From: an uncultured Aliarcobacter sp.
GTDB taxonomy: Bacteria; Campylobacterota; Campylobacteria; Campylobacterales; Arcobacteraceae
Assembly: GCA_963664305.2 (NCBI GenBank)
Contig: CAXXLV010000001.1
Location: forward strand, 32,001 to 96,000
Length of the DNA stretch: 64,000 nt
Reading direction: 5' to 3'
Shown: piece after piece, positions 41,002 through 55,915 of the stretch
Layout of the letters: every line of letters begins with the position of its first letter
Position numbering within the stretch: the first letter of the stretch is position 1
Position numbers and translations under genes: made by a program
The notes under the pieces: model-generated
Seen by the model: the letters and a program-made list of their open reading frames with translations, nothing else
Databases searched by the model: none
What the model was told of the DNA's origin: nothing

Positions 41002-41388
41002 TTATTTCAATTCAAATTGAGATGAATACTCTTTTCCACTATAAATTATTTTGAAATCCCATTTTCCACCTTCTCTACCATCTAGATATCTATAATCATA
41101 AGCAGAACTATCTCCAGCTGGAATTAACATTTCTCTACTTCTTGAGATTTCACCTGTTGGACTTATCCAATTAATTGTTATTTGTTGATCTTTTTCTATA
41201 TCTCTTATAACTTCGAATTTACAAATAATTGAATTTTCATCCTCTAAAATTAAACAATCAACGTTTGGATTATATGATTGTTCTTGTGTAGAATTTGTTT
41301 CTACAGGTTTTTCTTCATTTGGTACTACTGTAGCTTCTGCAAAAAGTGTTGCAGTTAATATTAAAAAAGATACTAAGTATCTATTCAT
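41002..41388 (-). CDS. Exported hypothetical protein (Ig-like)
   Basis: Signal peptide MNRYLVSFLILTATLFA; WISPTG and GKWDF beta motifs. Confidence 0.7.
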   Translation of the reverse strand: MNRYLVSFLILTATLFAEATVVPNEEKPVETNSTQEQSYNPNVDCLILEDENSIICKFEVIRDIEKDQQITINWISPTGEISRSREMLIPAGDSSAYDYRYLDGREGGKWDFKIIYSGKEYSSQFELK

Positions 41389-41608
41389 TTTTCTCTCTTT
41401 CATCTTCTTCAAGATTTGTAAATTTCATTAATAAATGTTTTATTGGAGCGTAAAAAGTTGTCATTGAAACAATTGCAGCTACTAACTGAATTATTTTAAA
41501 AAAACCACTATTTTCTCCAACAGTAAATAAGGCTAAGTAATAACTAAAAATAAAAGAGATTATAGCACAAATAACAATGCCTATTATAACAAGTAGATTA
41601 TAATTCAT
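41381..41608 (-). CDS. Small 2-TM hypothetical protein
   Basis: Overlaps both neighbours; two hydrophobic helices. Confidence 0.7.
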   Translation of the reverse strand: MNYNLLVIIGIVICAIISFIFSYYLALFTVGENSGFFKIIQLVAAIVSMTTFYAPIKHLLMKFTNLEEDEREKNE

Positions 41609-42335
41609 ATTTTTTCCAGATAGGTGTTTCATTTAATGTTGCTCTATTTTCTAAAACTTCAAAAGGTGAATAAGCAACTTTATATCCCATTGAAAAATGG
41701 TTTTTTATCCAATAACCCAAATAAATATATGGAATATTAAGCTCTTTAGCTATTTTTATTTGAGCTAAAATAGAAAATTTACCTATTGATAAATCTGAAT
41801 AATCATGATCATAATAACAATAAATTGCAGAAATAGACTCTGGTAAAATATCTACTAAAGCAACTCCTATTAATTTATCATCTCTTACATATAAAAATTC
41901 TTTTGCATACTTTTCTGTAGCTTCAACATATGATTTTGCATAATCTTCTGGTTCAATTGGAGTATAAGGCCAATCTTTTTTATCATTCATAAATCTATGA
42001 TATTTATCATACAAATTTAGATGTTCCATTGTCATAGAAGGTGGTCTTATATAAAGTTTTGTATCTCTGTTTTTTGCAATTACTCTTTTTTCTGATTTCG
42101 AAAATTTATAATTTTTAACATCAATTCTCATAGAAACACATTTACTACATGTTTTACATTCTGGAACAAAATGCATTCGTCCAAATCTTCTCCAACCACG
42201 CTCTAACATTTTTTGATATTCAGAAGTTGCACATGAATAAATATATCTATATCTTATATCTGAAAGTTTTTCATCATAATAAGAACAAGCTCTATTCTCT
42301 TCTAAAAATTCAACATCTTGATTCAAAATTTGCAT
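41598..42335 (-). CDS. Arginyl-tRNA-protein transferase-like / Bpt Leu-Asp/Glu transferase (N-degron pathway)
   Basis: CSY, GWRRFG, CxxC, SAIYCYYD, YIYLGYWI and MGYK motifs. Confidence 0.9.
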   Translation of the reverse strand: MQILNQDVEFLEENRACSYYDEKLSDIRYRYIYSCATSEYQKMLERGWRRFGRMHFVPECKTCSKCVSMRIDVKNYKFSKSEKRVIAKNRDTKLYIRPPSMTMEHLNLYDKYHRFMNDKKDWPYTPIEPEDYAKSYVEATEKYAKEFLYVRDDKLIGVALVDILPESISAIYCYYDHDYSDLSIGKFSILAQIKIAKELNIPYIYLGYWIKNHFSMGYKVAYSPFEVLENRATLNETPIWKKYEL

Positions 42336-42337
42336 GG

Positions 42338-43078
42338 CTATTCGTTTATTTTTTCTTTTATCTCTTTTGCAGTTGAAAAGATTTTTTTAATTTTTTCATC
42401 ATTTGATAAACTATCATCAATAATATGTTTTACAAATGCACTTCCAACAATCACACCATCAACGTCTTTTGCTTTTTCTTTACAAGTTTTTTCATCAACA
42501 CCAAAACCTATATAAAGAGGAGTTTCTGAATATTTTCTAACATTTTCTATAATTAAAGATAAATCTTCTTTTTGTCCACTTCCTGTAATTCCTGCATATG
42601 CAACCATATAAATAAATTTTTTAGCATTTGTTACTAACTCTTTTATTCTTTCTTCACTATCTGTTGGTGCAACAAATGAAATATTTGATTTATTATATTT
42701 AGCAAATAATTCTTCATAATTTTGTGCCATTTCAAAAGGAAGATCAGGGATAATTGTCCCTTGAATATTATATTCAGCTGCTTTTTGTAAAAATTTTTCC
42801 ATTCCATAATGATAAAATGGATTCATATATCCCATCCATAAAGTATCAATATCTTTTCCAATTTTTGAAGATACTTCAAATAAATCTTTTAATTTAAACC
42901 CTTTATTTAAAGCAATTAAATTTGCCTTTTCAATAACTGGACCATCTGCCACTGGATCAGAAAATGGAATTCCTAATTCTAAAATATCTACACCCGCTTC
43001 TTTTAAACTGTATGCTAAATCAATTGTAAAATTATTACTTGGAAGTGATGCTGTAATGTAACCTACTAATTTTTTCAA
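42338..43078 (-). CDS. trpA: Tryptophan synthase alpha chain
   Basis: LELGIPFSDPVADGPVI, IPDLP, GITG, GFG and DGVIVGSA. Confidence 0.96.
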   Translation of the reverse strand: MKKLVGYITASLPSNNFTIDLAYSLKEAGVDILELGIPFSDPVADGPVIEKANLIALNKGFKLKDLFEVSSKIGKDIDTLWMGYMNPFYHYGMEKFLQKAAEYNIQGTIIPDLPFEMAQNYEELFAKYNKSNISFVAPTDSEERIKELVTNAKKFIYMVAYAGITGSGQKEDLSLIIENVRKYSETPLYIGFGVDEKTCKEKAKDVDGVIVGSAFVKHIIDDSLSNDEKIKKIFSTAKEIKEKINE

Positions 43079-43134
43079 AATCTCTATCCTATTTTTTTAA
43101 CTATTTTATCAAAAATCTACTTTTAAACTATTAA

Positions 43135-44532
43135 TTACTCTTCAGTATTATCTTTTTTATATCTTTTCATAACTAAATTAAAAATTCTTTGCATATTAAC
43201 AAAAAATCTTGTTGTATATGTCATTTGAGTATTTTCAATCTCATCACCTAATTTTATATTAATTGCTTCTGACTTTTTCATTGATAAAACTTGAGATGGA
43301 AATACACTTCTATGTCCTGTCATCAAAAAAGCTAGAATAATTGATATTGCAGCATAATGACCAACATCCATCCCAAAAAGTTCAACCGACATTATCATGG
43401 CAGCTATTGGAGCACTTGTTGTTCCTGCTAATACACTTACGAATCCAAGTGCGGCAAATAAGGGTATATAGCCATCAACTAAATATCCAAAGAAGTTACC
43501 GCTTGTTGCACCTACATAAAAAATAGGAGTTATTACCCCTCCACTTCCACCAAAAGACAAGGTTAAAGAGGTAAAAATCGTTTTTAATACAAAGGTATAC
43601 CAAGGAATATTTTCATTTATCATTTTATCTGTTGATAAAGCATCTTTTATAGTTTGAAAACCTATTCCTAAATAATGTTCTCCAACAATTAATGTCAAAA
43701 CTACTATAAAAATTCCACCTAAAAATGCTTTTAAAATATAATTTATTTTTATTGCACTAATGTATTTATGAAAAGTACTTAAAGTTGTGATTATAAAATC
43801 CGCAACCAATCCAAAAAAGATTCCTGCAATTATAACTTTTGAAATCAATACATAATTAAAGTCAAAATTTGAATAAAAAGCAATATTAAAATATGTATAA
43901 CTTATACCTAACATTTTTGCAACAAAAAAAGCAGAAAATCCTGCAACTATTGAAGGCAATAAAATATCATACATTAAACCACCCACAATCAATATTTCCA
44001 CTCCAAAAATTGCTCCTGCAAGTGGTGTTCCAAAAACAGATGCAAAGCCAGCACTAATTCCACAAATTACAATTTTTTTTCTATCTCTTGCAGAAAATCT
44101 TAGTTTCATTGCAATAAATGAAGCTAATGATGCACCAATTTGCGCACCAGGTCCCTCTTTCCCAACTGAACCTCCTGCAAAAATTGTAAGAACTGTTGCA
44201 AAAAGTTTTGTTGGTACAACACTTACATTAATCTTTCCAGAATTTTTGTGAATTGCTTCAATTACCTTTTCTGTTCCATGTCCTTGAGCACTTGGAGCAA
44301 ATTTCTTTACTACAAAAACTGTTATTGCTAAAGCAAAAGGTAAAAGATAATAATAATCAAAAGGCAATAATGACCTTGAATTCTCACAATATGTTAAAAG
44401 TTTTAAAAATAGTGATACTACTACACCAATAAATGCACCAATTAAAGAAGATAAAAATATCCATTTTGTAATACTTGCAAACATAATTGTTTGCTCTGCT
44501 AAATGTTTTTGAATGTTTGATTCGTTATTCAT
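43135..44532 (-). CDS. ClC-family chloride channel/antiporter
   Basis: GGSVGKEGP, GFASVFGTPLAG, GGSGGVITP, APIAA; many TM segments. Confidence 0.9.
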   Translation of the reverse strand: MNNESNIQKHLAEQTIMFASITKWIFLSSLIGAFIGVVVSLFLKLLTYCENSRSLLPFDYYYLLPFALAITVFVVKKFAPSAQGHGTEKVIEAIHKNSGKINVSVVPTKLFATVLTIFAGGSVGKEGPGAQIGASLASFIAMKLRFSARDRKKIVICGISAGFASVFGTPLAGAIFGVEILIVGGLMYDILLPSIVAGFSAFFVAKMLGISYTYFNIAFYSNFDFNYVLISKVIIAGIFFGLVADFIITTLSTFHKYISAIKINYILKAFLGGIFIVVLTLIVGEHYLGIGFQTIKDALSTDKMINENIPWYTFVLKTIFTSLTLSFGGSGGVITPIFYVGATSGNFFGYLVDGYIPLFAALGFVSVLAGTTSAPIAAMIMSVELFGMDVGHYAAISIILAFLMTGHRSVFPSQVLSMKKSEAINIKLGDEIENTQMTYTTRFFVNMQRIFNLVMKRYKKDNTEE

Positions 44533-44701
44533 AAGAGTACTTTTTTAGTTTTTTTGAGTTTTATAATTTTAATTCTAACAAAACCGTTATTTAGTTGTTC
44601 TTTAAATTTCCTTTTTTATGGACAAATATTAAAATTTTTATTAAAAAAGTTTGTTTTAGATATAATCTTTAAAAATTATTAATCATTATTTAGGAAAAGA
44701 A

Positions 44702-45511
44702 ATGAGTATTATCAAAAATGATTTTGAAAAAATAAATATAACAAAAATCAAAAAATCAAAGAATCAAAAAAAACTAACAGTTATTACAGCATATGACGCA
44801 CTTTTTGCAAAACTGTTTGAAGAAATTGCAGATATGATACTTGTAGGAGATAGTCTTAATATGAGTTTTGCTGGTCGTCCAGATACTCTTTCAGCCACTC
44901 TTGAACAAATGATATATCACACAAATGCAGTTTGTAATGGAGCAAAAAATGCTTTTGTTATTATGGATATGCCATTTGGAACTTATATAAATAAAGATGA
45001 AGCATTAAAAAATTCTATTGAAGTTTATAGACAAACAAATGCAGCAGCAATTAAAATAGAAGGTGGAGAAGATAGAGCCGATATCATAAAACATCTTACA
45101 TCAAATTCAATTGCCGTAATGGGACATATTGGACTTATGCCTCAATATGTAAGAAGCGAAGGTGGATATAAAGTTCGAGGAAAAACAAAAGAAGATGAAG
45201 AACAACTTATTCGTGATGCAATTGCTGTTGAAAAAGCAGGAGCATTTTCAATTGTTGTTGAAGGTGTTATGAGTGATGTTGCAAAAAAAATTACAGAAGC
45301 TGTAAATATACCAATTATAGGAATTGGAGCAGGAAATGTAACAGATGGTCAAGTTCTTGTTTGGTCAGATATGTTAGGTTTTTTTGAAGAGTTTAAACCA
45401 AAATTTGTAAGACACTATTTAAATGGTGCAGAACTTGTGAAAGAAGCTGTAAATCAATATAGAAGCGATGTTCAAGATTCATCATTCCCTTCTAAAGAGG
45501 AAGAGTATTAA
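44702..45511 (+). CDS. panB: 3-methyl-2-oxobutanoate hydroxymethyltransferase
   Basis: TAYD, LVGDSL, DMPFG, KIEGG, GHIGLMPQ, GIGAG and DGQVLV. Confidence 0.97.
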   Translation: MSIIKNDFEKINITKIKKSKNQKKLTVITAYDALFAKLFEEIADMILVGDSLNMSFAGRPDTLSATLEQMIYHTNAVCNGAKNAFVIMDMPFGTYINKDEALKNSIEVYRQTNAAAIKIEGGEDRADIIKHLTSNSIAVMGHIGLMPQYVRSEGGYKVRGKTKEDEEQLIRDAIAVEKAGAFSIVVEGVMSDVAKKITEAVNIPIIGIGAGNVTDGQVLVWSDMLGFFEEFKPKFVRHYLNGAELVKEAVNQYRSDVQDSSFPSKEEEY

Positions 45512-45514
45512 TAT

Positions 45515-46552
45515 ATGGAAAGATTAGTTGAAGTAGAACAAATATCTTTTGAAGAAGATAATAATGAAATAAGCCTCCGTCCATCTTCTTGGGATGATTA
45601 TATAGGTCAAGAAAAAATAAAAAAGAATTTGAGAGTATTTATTGATGCTTCTAAAAAAAGAAAAGAAGCATTAGACCATATTTTATTTTATGGACCTCCA
45701 GGTCTTGGAAAAACTACTTTATCTTATCTAATATCAAATGAAATGAATACAAATATAAAAGTTACAGCAGGCCCAATGATTGAAAAAAGTGGAGACTTAG
45801 CTGCAATTTTAACTAATCTTGAAGAAGGAGATATTTTATTTATTGATGAGATTCATAGACTTTCTCCTGCTGTTGAAGAAATCCTTTATCCAGCAATGGA
45901 AGATTATAGATTGGATATCATAATTGGTTCAGGACCTGCTGCACAAACTGTAAAAATAGATTTACCAAGATTTACTCTAATTGGTGCAACAACACGTGCA
46001 GGAATGCTTTCAAATCCATTAAGAGAAAGATTTGGAATGCACTTTAGAATGCAATTTTATACACATGAAGAACTTGCAAAAATTATTCAAAAAGCTGCAA
46101 TTAAACTTGGTAAAAATTGTGAAGATGATGCTGCATTAGAAATTTCAAAAAGAAGTAGAGGAACACCTAGGGTTGCATTAAGACTTTTAAGAAGAGTTAG
46201 AGATTTCTCTGAAGTTGAAAATGAAAAATATATTCATATAAAAAGATGTCAATATGCTTTAGATGAACTTGGGGTTAATGAAAGTGGATTTGATGAAATG
46301 GATATAAATTTACTTGAATTATTAATTTCAAATAGAGGAAAACCTATGGGGCTTTCTACAATTGCAGCAGCACTTAGTGAAGATGAAGGAACAATAGAAG
46401 ATGCAATTGAACCTTATTTACTTGCAAATGGATATATAGAAAGAACTGCTAGAGGAAGATTAGCAAGTGTAAAAACATATGAAATGTTTAGACTTTCATA
46501 TCCAGGAAGTGAAAAACTTGATGATGATTTAAAACAAGGTAAATTATTTTGA
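45515..46552 (+). CDS. ruvB: Holliday junction branch migration helicase
   Basis: [23 protein letters not shown] and RSRGTPR. Confidence 0.98.
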   Translation: MERLVEVEQISFEEDNNEISLRPSSWDDYIGQEKIKKNLRVFIDASKKRKEALDHILFYGPPGLGKTTLSYLISNEMNTNIKVTAGPMIEKSGDLAAILTNLEEGDILFIDEIHRLSPAVEEILYPAMEDYRLDIIIGSGPAAQTVKIDLPRFTLIGATTRAGMLSNPLRERFGMHFRMQFYTHEELAKIIQKAAIKLGKNCEDDAALEISKRSRGTPRVALRLLRRVRDFSEVENEKYIHIKRCQYALDELGVNESGFDEMDINLLELLISNRGKPMGLSTIAAALSEDEGTIEDAIEPYLLANGYIERTARGRLASVKTYEMFRLSYPGSEKLDDDLKQGKLF

Positions 46553-47601
46553 AAGCAGCCTATTTTATAATTGCAATTGCAATAGTAATGATTTTTTTTA
46601 TGGTTGAATTATTCAATCCATTTTTAAAAGCAATTTTTGTATCAATATTATTAACTGTTGCAACAAGTTCTTTAACACTATTTTTAGAAAAAAAATCAAG
46701 AAGTAGAATAGCTGCAACATCTTTTATTACAATTGCACTTGCAGCACTATTTTTTATTCCTATTTTATATTGTATTTTCTCATTTATTAATTTCTTCAAT
46801 CAAGTTGACCAAGAACTATTAGTAAAAAATCTAGACGATATAAAAACTTTTATACAAGAAAAATCTGTAAATCTAGCTTTTTTGAACAATTTTTTAGATA
46901 ATCTTAGTTCAAAAATTGATGTAGGGAAAACTGTACAAGATATATTTGCAATTAGTGCTTATTTAGGAAAGAATTCTGCAAAATTTATGATAGATATGGT
47001 GATGATTTTAATATTTTTCTTCTTTTTTACACTTTATTCAACACCTCTTCTAACTTTTATAAAAGAACTATTACCAATTAAAAAAGAGGATTCTGTAATA
47101 CTATTTAGTGAATCATCAAATGTAATGACAGTTGTTTTATACTCAATTTTAGTTACTGCAATATTTGAAGGTTTTTTATTTGGTTTTTTCTTAACTTTTT
47201 TTAACTATGATGGATTGTTATTTGGAGTTTTATATGGTTTTGCATCTTTAATTCCAGTTATAGGTGGAGTTATAATGTGGCTTCCAATTGTGATTTATGA
47301 AGCAACAACAAATTCAGTAACAAATGCTTTAATCATTGCAATTTATTCAATAGTAATAATTTCAATATTTGCAGATACATTTGTAAAACCAATGATAATA
47401 AAATATATTAATAAAAAAGTGGTAAAAACACCTACAAGTGTAAATGAACTTTTAATCTTTTTCTCTATTGTTGCAGGACTTTCAACATTTGGCTTTTGGG
47501 GAATGATTATCGGGCCAGCTATGGTAACTTTTTTTATTTCAATAATGCATTTATTAAAAAAATATTCTGATGATTTTAAAGAAAATGTATCTTATGATTA
47601 A
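46549..47601 (+). CDS. AI-2E family transporter (AmaA/PerM-like)
   Basis: Multi-TM; SLIPVIG and [14 protein letters not shown]; follows ruvB as in Campylobacterota. Confidence 0.88.
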   Translation: MKAAYFIIAIAIVMIFFMVELFNPFLKAIFVSILLTVATSSLTLFLEKKSRSRIAATSFITIALAALFFIPILYCIFSFINFFNQVDQELLVKNLDDIKTFIQEKSVNLAFLNNFLDNLSSKIDVGKTVQDIFAISAYLGKNSAKFMIDMVMILIFFFFFTLYSTPLLTFIKELLPIKKEDSVILFSESSNVMTVVLYSILVTAIFEGFLFGFFLTFFNYDGLLFGVLYGFASLIPVIGGVIMWLPIVIYEATTNSVTNALIIAIYSIVIISIFADTFVKPMIIKYINKKVVKTPTSVNELLIFFSIVAGLSTFGFWGMIIGPAMVTFFISIMHLLKKYSDDFKENVSYD

Positions 47602-47619
47602 GATACATTTTTTTAAAGA

Positions 47620-48366
47620 TTAATTATCTCCACTCTCTCTTTCTCCACCATAAGAAGAAATTCCATAATCTAGGTTAGCAACTGATTTAAATCCTAAATC
47701 AAGCATTATTCTTTGGCAATATGCACTTCTACTTCCACTATGACAATAAACAATAACAGGAATATTTTTTTGATTATTGATTCTTTCTAAAGCATGATAA
47801 AATGATGTAGTTGGTATTAAATAATCTGTTCCTTTAATTCTTGTTCCAACCCACTCCATCCATTCTCTTGTATCAACTAAGTTGAAATCAACAAATCCTA
47901 AATCTCTTGCTTCAAGTAGTGATTCAAGTTCTAAAGAATTTATTTCTTCTTTAGTTAATAAATTAGCACACTCCTCTTTTGTTAAACCTCTAGAATGTGT
48001 TGCTATTGCATCATGTACATCAATTTGTTCTTTAATTTCGTTTGCTTTTTGTTCTGTACAAAAAATTCCACAGTGACATGAACCTTTTGATGGTATTTCA
48101 TTTGTTAACGCAGGAGTACAAGGACAAAGTCTATTATCACTATTTTCTTGTTCTGTTGGAGTTTCTCCAATAACCATAAAACATGGGCAAAATCTTTTTC
48201 CATAGATTAACTTGTTTCTAGTTAATCCCATTTGTATAGATTCATTAACTTCATCATCTGGATTATAAACTAATCCATGTTCATCTAAGACCTTATTTGT
48301 AAATTGTTTTGTTAATTCAAGTTCTGTTTGAAATTCATCACTATTTATATCTATTTTTCTAATCAT
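47620..48366 (-). CDS. Ferredoxin:thioredoxin reductase catalytic-subunit-like domain fused to rhodanese
   Basis: CPC...CPC...CHC motifs, then VDTRE..EW and VYCHSGSRS rhodanese loop. Confidence 0.85.
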   Translation of the reverse strand: MIRKIDINSDEFQTELELTKQFTNKVLDEHGLVYNPDDEVNESIQMGLTRNKLIYGKRFCPCFMVIGETPTEQENSDNRLCPCTPALTNEIPSKGSCHCGIFCTEQKANEIKEQIDVHDAIATHSRGLTKEECANLLTKEEINSLELESLLEARDLGFVDFNLVDTREWMEWVGTRIKGTDYLIPTTSFYHALERINNQKNIPVIVYCHSGSRSAYCQRIMLDLGFKSVANLDYGISSYGGERESGDN

Positions 48367-48457
48367 AAATTATCCTAATATTTTAAAGTTTGTAATAGTA
48401 ATATAATTTATATTAATATTTGTATTCAATGCAAGAATTGATATTTATATAATAAAT

Positions 48458-48676
48458 TCATTTATCAATCATAGATAAATATAGTTTTTCAACTTTCTCT
48501 CTTGCCCATGGAGTTTTTCTAAGAAATTTTAAAGAAGATTTAACACTAGGGTCATAATTGAAACAATTAATATTAATTCTTCTACCTAATTCATCCCAAC
48601 CATAGTAATCAACTAAAGAATTTATTATCATTTCTAATTTTATTCCATGTAATGGATTATTTGGATTATTGTTCAA
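48458..48676 (-). CDS. VF530/DUF2132 family small protein
   Basis: [33 protein letters not shown] at 48676 with AGGA RBS. Confidence 0.85.
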   Translation of the reverse strand: MNNNPNNPLHGIKLEMIINSLVDYYGWDELGRRININCFNYDPSVKSSLKFLRKTPWAREKVEKLYLSMIDK

Positions 48677-48756
48677 TTTTATTCCTAATTTTTGATAATT
48701 ATAACATATAAAAGCCATAGATAAAGTAGATAAAAAGTGAGGCAGAAAGCGGGGCA

Positions 48757-48811
48757 AAAAAAAAGCTTCTGCTAAAAAGAACTTAAAGAAGTTCAAATTA
48801 GCAAAAGCTTT
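48757..48811 (-). terminator. rrn operon terminator
   Basis: Long hairpin (AAAGCTT-TGCTAA-GAACTT / AAGTTC-TTAGCA-AAGCTTT) followed by a U tract on the minus strand. Confidence 0.7.
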
Positions 48812-48825
48812 GAAAAAAACTCAAG

Positions 48826-48943
48826 AGCTGGCAGCGGCCTACGTTTCCACCAGGGGACCCGGCAGTATTATCGGCGATGAAGTGCTTGACTTCCAGGTTC
48901 GGAATGGGACTGGGTATTTCCACTTCTCTATAGCCACCAGCAA
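48826..48943 (-). rRNA. rrf: 5S rRNA
   Basis: Reverse complement contains CCCATTCCGAACC and closing-stem GCTGG/CCAGC. Ends approximate. Confidence 0.93.
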
Positions 48944-49089
48944 AGTTGAGTAAAGAAGATATTATAAAAAATATACTCTTCACTCAACTCGTTTAGGAGT
49001 TAAGAAAAAATAATGTTAAAGTCTTTTCACAATATATACTAAATATAAGAAATATATTTAATAAGATAGTAAACCAAAGAATTGTTTAA

Positions 49090-51998
<2,909 letters not shown>

Positions 51999-52297
51999 TA
52001 ATAAATAGAGTTAAACTCTATCGCTTTTTGATAATATTCTTTGGCTACTATCTTATTAAACATATTATTTAAAATATATCCAATAAAATAATGTTGTGTT
52101 CTATCTAATTTCTTAGATATGAAATTTTTTTTGTTTTAAATTATTTAACATTTCTGTTATCTAATTCTTACGAAAAAATTAAAGACTTTAACATTATATT
52201 TTTAAATATCGTTTTGATTTTGAAAATCAAATATAAATTCAATCTCTTATTGAACTTATATTTAACTTTTAAATCAGATGAACTTATTAGTTATAGG

Positions 52298-52373
52298 TGG
52301 TGGAGAATAGCGGGATCGAACCGCTGACCTCCTGCGTGCAAAGCAGGCGCTCTCCCAGCTGAGCTAATTCCCC
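52298..52373 (-). tRNA. tRNA-Ala (TGC)
   Basis: GGGGAATTAGCTCAG...TTTGCAC...GTTCGATC...CCA in the 16S-23S spacer. Confidence 0.97.
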
Positions 52374-52404
52374 AACCTAAATTAATCTTTACTAGATTAT
52401 TTAA

Positions 52405-52481
52405 TGGTGGGCCTATCAGGACTTGAACCTGAGACCTCACGATTATCAGTCGAGCGCTCTAGCCAGCTGAGCTATAGGCCC
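52405..52481 (-). tRNA. tRNA-Ile (GAT)
   Basis: GGGCCTATAGCTCAG...CTGATAA...GTTCAAG...CCA. Confidence 0.97.
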
Positions 52482-52562
52482 CTTTACTACCTATTTAAAT
52501 AATCTTTATAAACCGAATATAAAATCTCTGGAAGTAAGAAACGAATCTTACTTCTCTCTCTG

Positions 52563-54081
<1,519 letters not shown>

Positions 54082-54285
54082 TATAGAGTTTTTGAAACTG
54101 ACAAATTTTATAACTCTTCAATTACAAAATTATCACTCAAATTTTATAGACAAGATTTGTTTTACCAAATTTCTTGTTTTTATATTTTTTAACATTTATT
54201 CTTATTTTAAATCTAAATAAACATAGATTTTTTATAAGAGTTCTATATTCGGTTTATAAAGATTACTTTACAAACTTTCATTCAT

Positions 54286-54297
54286 TTTTAAAGATCA
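54286..54297 (-). promoter_or_regulatory. rrn leader boxA-like antitermination site
   Basis: TGATCTTTAAAA on the minus strand, in the leader. Confidence 0.6.
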
Positions 54298-54366
54298 TTC
54301 CAGACTCGATTGAATCGTTTCTCTTCAAGCTTTTCGTTTGAAGCGTTCCAGTCAAATTGGACGGGA

Positions 54367-54395
54367 ATTATAATAGATTTTTATCTACTTGTCAA
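54367..54395 (-). promoter_or_regulatory. Consensus sigma70 promoter of the rrn operon
   Basis: TTGACA-17 bp-TATAAT on the minus strand. Confidence 0.9.
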
Positions 54396-54510
54396 TACCC
54401 TAACGCTGAAATGTAGCTTAAATTTTGAAATTTATGCTCTTTTTTCTCTTTTTACTTGTTTTTTGTGATTTTTACTATATTTTGCTTGGGAATATTATCA
54501 TTTATCACTC

Positions 54511-54557
54511 TTGACAAATCAATATATATGTTATATTATTACAGACCGATTAGTCTG
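54511..54557 (+). promoter_or_regulatory. Promoter plus TetR-type operator for the tautomerase cassette
   Basis: TTGACA (54511), 17 bp, TATTAT, then palindrome CAGAC-CGATTA-GTCTG (54542-54557) over the expected start site. Confidence 0.7.
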
Positions 54558-54569
54558 CAAGGAGTTTTT

Positions 54570-54950
54570 ATGCCATTTATTAGAATATATGTTGATAAAT
54601 CTATATCTAAAGAAAATAAAAAAGAGATATCAAATGCAATTCATAATAGTTTGATTGAAAGTTTTAATATACCTATAAAAGATAAATTTCAAGTATTTAT
54701 TGAAGTAGATAAAGAAGATTTAATTTTTCCAGATGAATATTTAGGAAATAGTTATTCAAATATTCTATTTATTAATATTACTTGTAAAAAAGGTAGAACT
54801 AAGGAACAAAAGAAAAAATTATATAAGTTGTGTGTAGAAACTATTAGTGAAAAAACAAAAATTAAAAAAGATGATGTTTTTATAACTATTATAGAAAACA
54901 ATCAAAATAATTGGTCATTTGGTAATGGTATAGCACAATTAATGGAGTAA
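54570..54950 (+). CDS. Tautomerase superfamily protein (MSAD-like, Pro-1)
   Basis: AAGGAG RBS; M-P-F start gives a catalytic Pro1; GRT..QK and WSFGNG motifs. Confidence 0.88.
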   Translation: MPFIRIYVDKSISKENKKEISNAIHNSLIESFNIPIKDKFQVFIEVDKEDLIFPDEYLGNSYSNILFINITCKKGRTKEQKKKLYKLCVETISEKTKIKKDDVFITIIENNQNNWSFGNGIAQLME

Positions 54951-54954
54951 TTAA

Positions 54955-55356
54955 ATGAATAAAGTAGAAAATATCTATAAAATACTAGATAATGCAAATG
55001 TTGATGAAAAAGTTGGTGTTAAATTAGCAAGAATCTGTGAAGGTGAAACTTTTAATTTATATGTATTAGAAATACCTGCTAAAAAAAGAGTTGGTGCTCA
55101 TTATCATACTATTGGAAATGAAACTTATCAAATTATTCAAGGAAGTGGTTCTATGATGATAGGGAAGAAAGATAGTGATACTATTATATGGAGTGAACCT
55201 AAAAATATGAATGAAGGTGATTGTTTAAATGTTAATGCAAATGAAATCCACCAATTAATAAATCTTACAGATAAACCACTTATTTGTATAGTTGGATGTT
55301 CAAATTCTCATATTACAACAGATAGAATAATGGCAAAAGGATATGAAAAAATATAA
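54955..55356 (+). CDS. Cupin domain protein
   Basis: AHYHTIGNETY and EIHQL metal-binding cupin motifs. Confidence 0.85.
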   Translation: MNKVENIYKILDNANVDEKVGVKLARICEGETFNLYVLEIPAKKRVGAHYHTIGNETYQIIQGSGSMMIGKKDSDTIIWSEPKNMNEGDCLNVNANEIHQLINLTDKPLICIVGCSNSHITTDRIMAKGYEKI

Positions 55357-55915
55357 TATGAAAACATTAAGAGATAATTTATTAGACATTGCATATGAAG
55401 AGTTTTATACTAATGGATATAGTGCAACAGGATTAAATAAGATTTTAGAAAAAGCAAATGTTGCAAAAGGTGGTTTATATCACCATTTTAATTCTAAAAA
55501 AGATTTACTTATTGCAATTATAAATGAAAGAATTTGTCCAAACTCTTTAAAAAAATATGCAAATTTAGATGAAATAGAAAAAAATAAGTTAAATGCTTTA
55601 CTTGATATACTAGAAAGTAGAAATGAAAACTTTAATAAAGGATGTCCATTAGGAAATTTAATTTTGGAACTATCTAATATTGATGATGATATTTTGAAAG
55701 CTTTACAAAACTGCATTAACTCTTGGCAAAAAATATTTGAAAATGTAATTTTTGAAGCTATAAAAAATAAAGAAATAAAAGATATATCTGCATATGATAC
55801 ATCATTATTAATTATATCAACTATTCAAGGGGGATTGTTATTGTCAAAACTATCAAAATCAGATGTTGAATATAAGAAGTGTATAAAACTATTAAAAGAA
55901 ATATTAATTAAATAA
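55343..55915 (+). CDS. TetR-family regulator (NemR/LmrA/YxaF-like)
   Basis: GYSATG..I...ANVAKGGLYHHFNSK HTH; GCPLGNL and QGGLL. Confidence 0.92.
   Translation: MKKYNMKTLRDNLLDIAYEEFYTNGYSATGLNKILEKANVAKGGLYHHFNSKKDLLIAIINERICPNSLKKYANLDEIEKNKLNALLDILESRNENFNKGCPLGNLILELSNIDDDILKALQNCINSWQKIFENVIFEAIKNKEIKDISAYDTSLLIISTIQGGLLLSKLSKSDVEYKKCIKLLKEILIK

Noticed and set aside
44533..44701. Possible fluoride riboswitch upstream of the ClC gene
   Set aside because: No GGnGAUGG...CC / UGAUG-type core is visible, the region is nearly all A/T, and the protein lacks CLC-F signatures.
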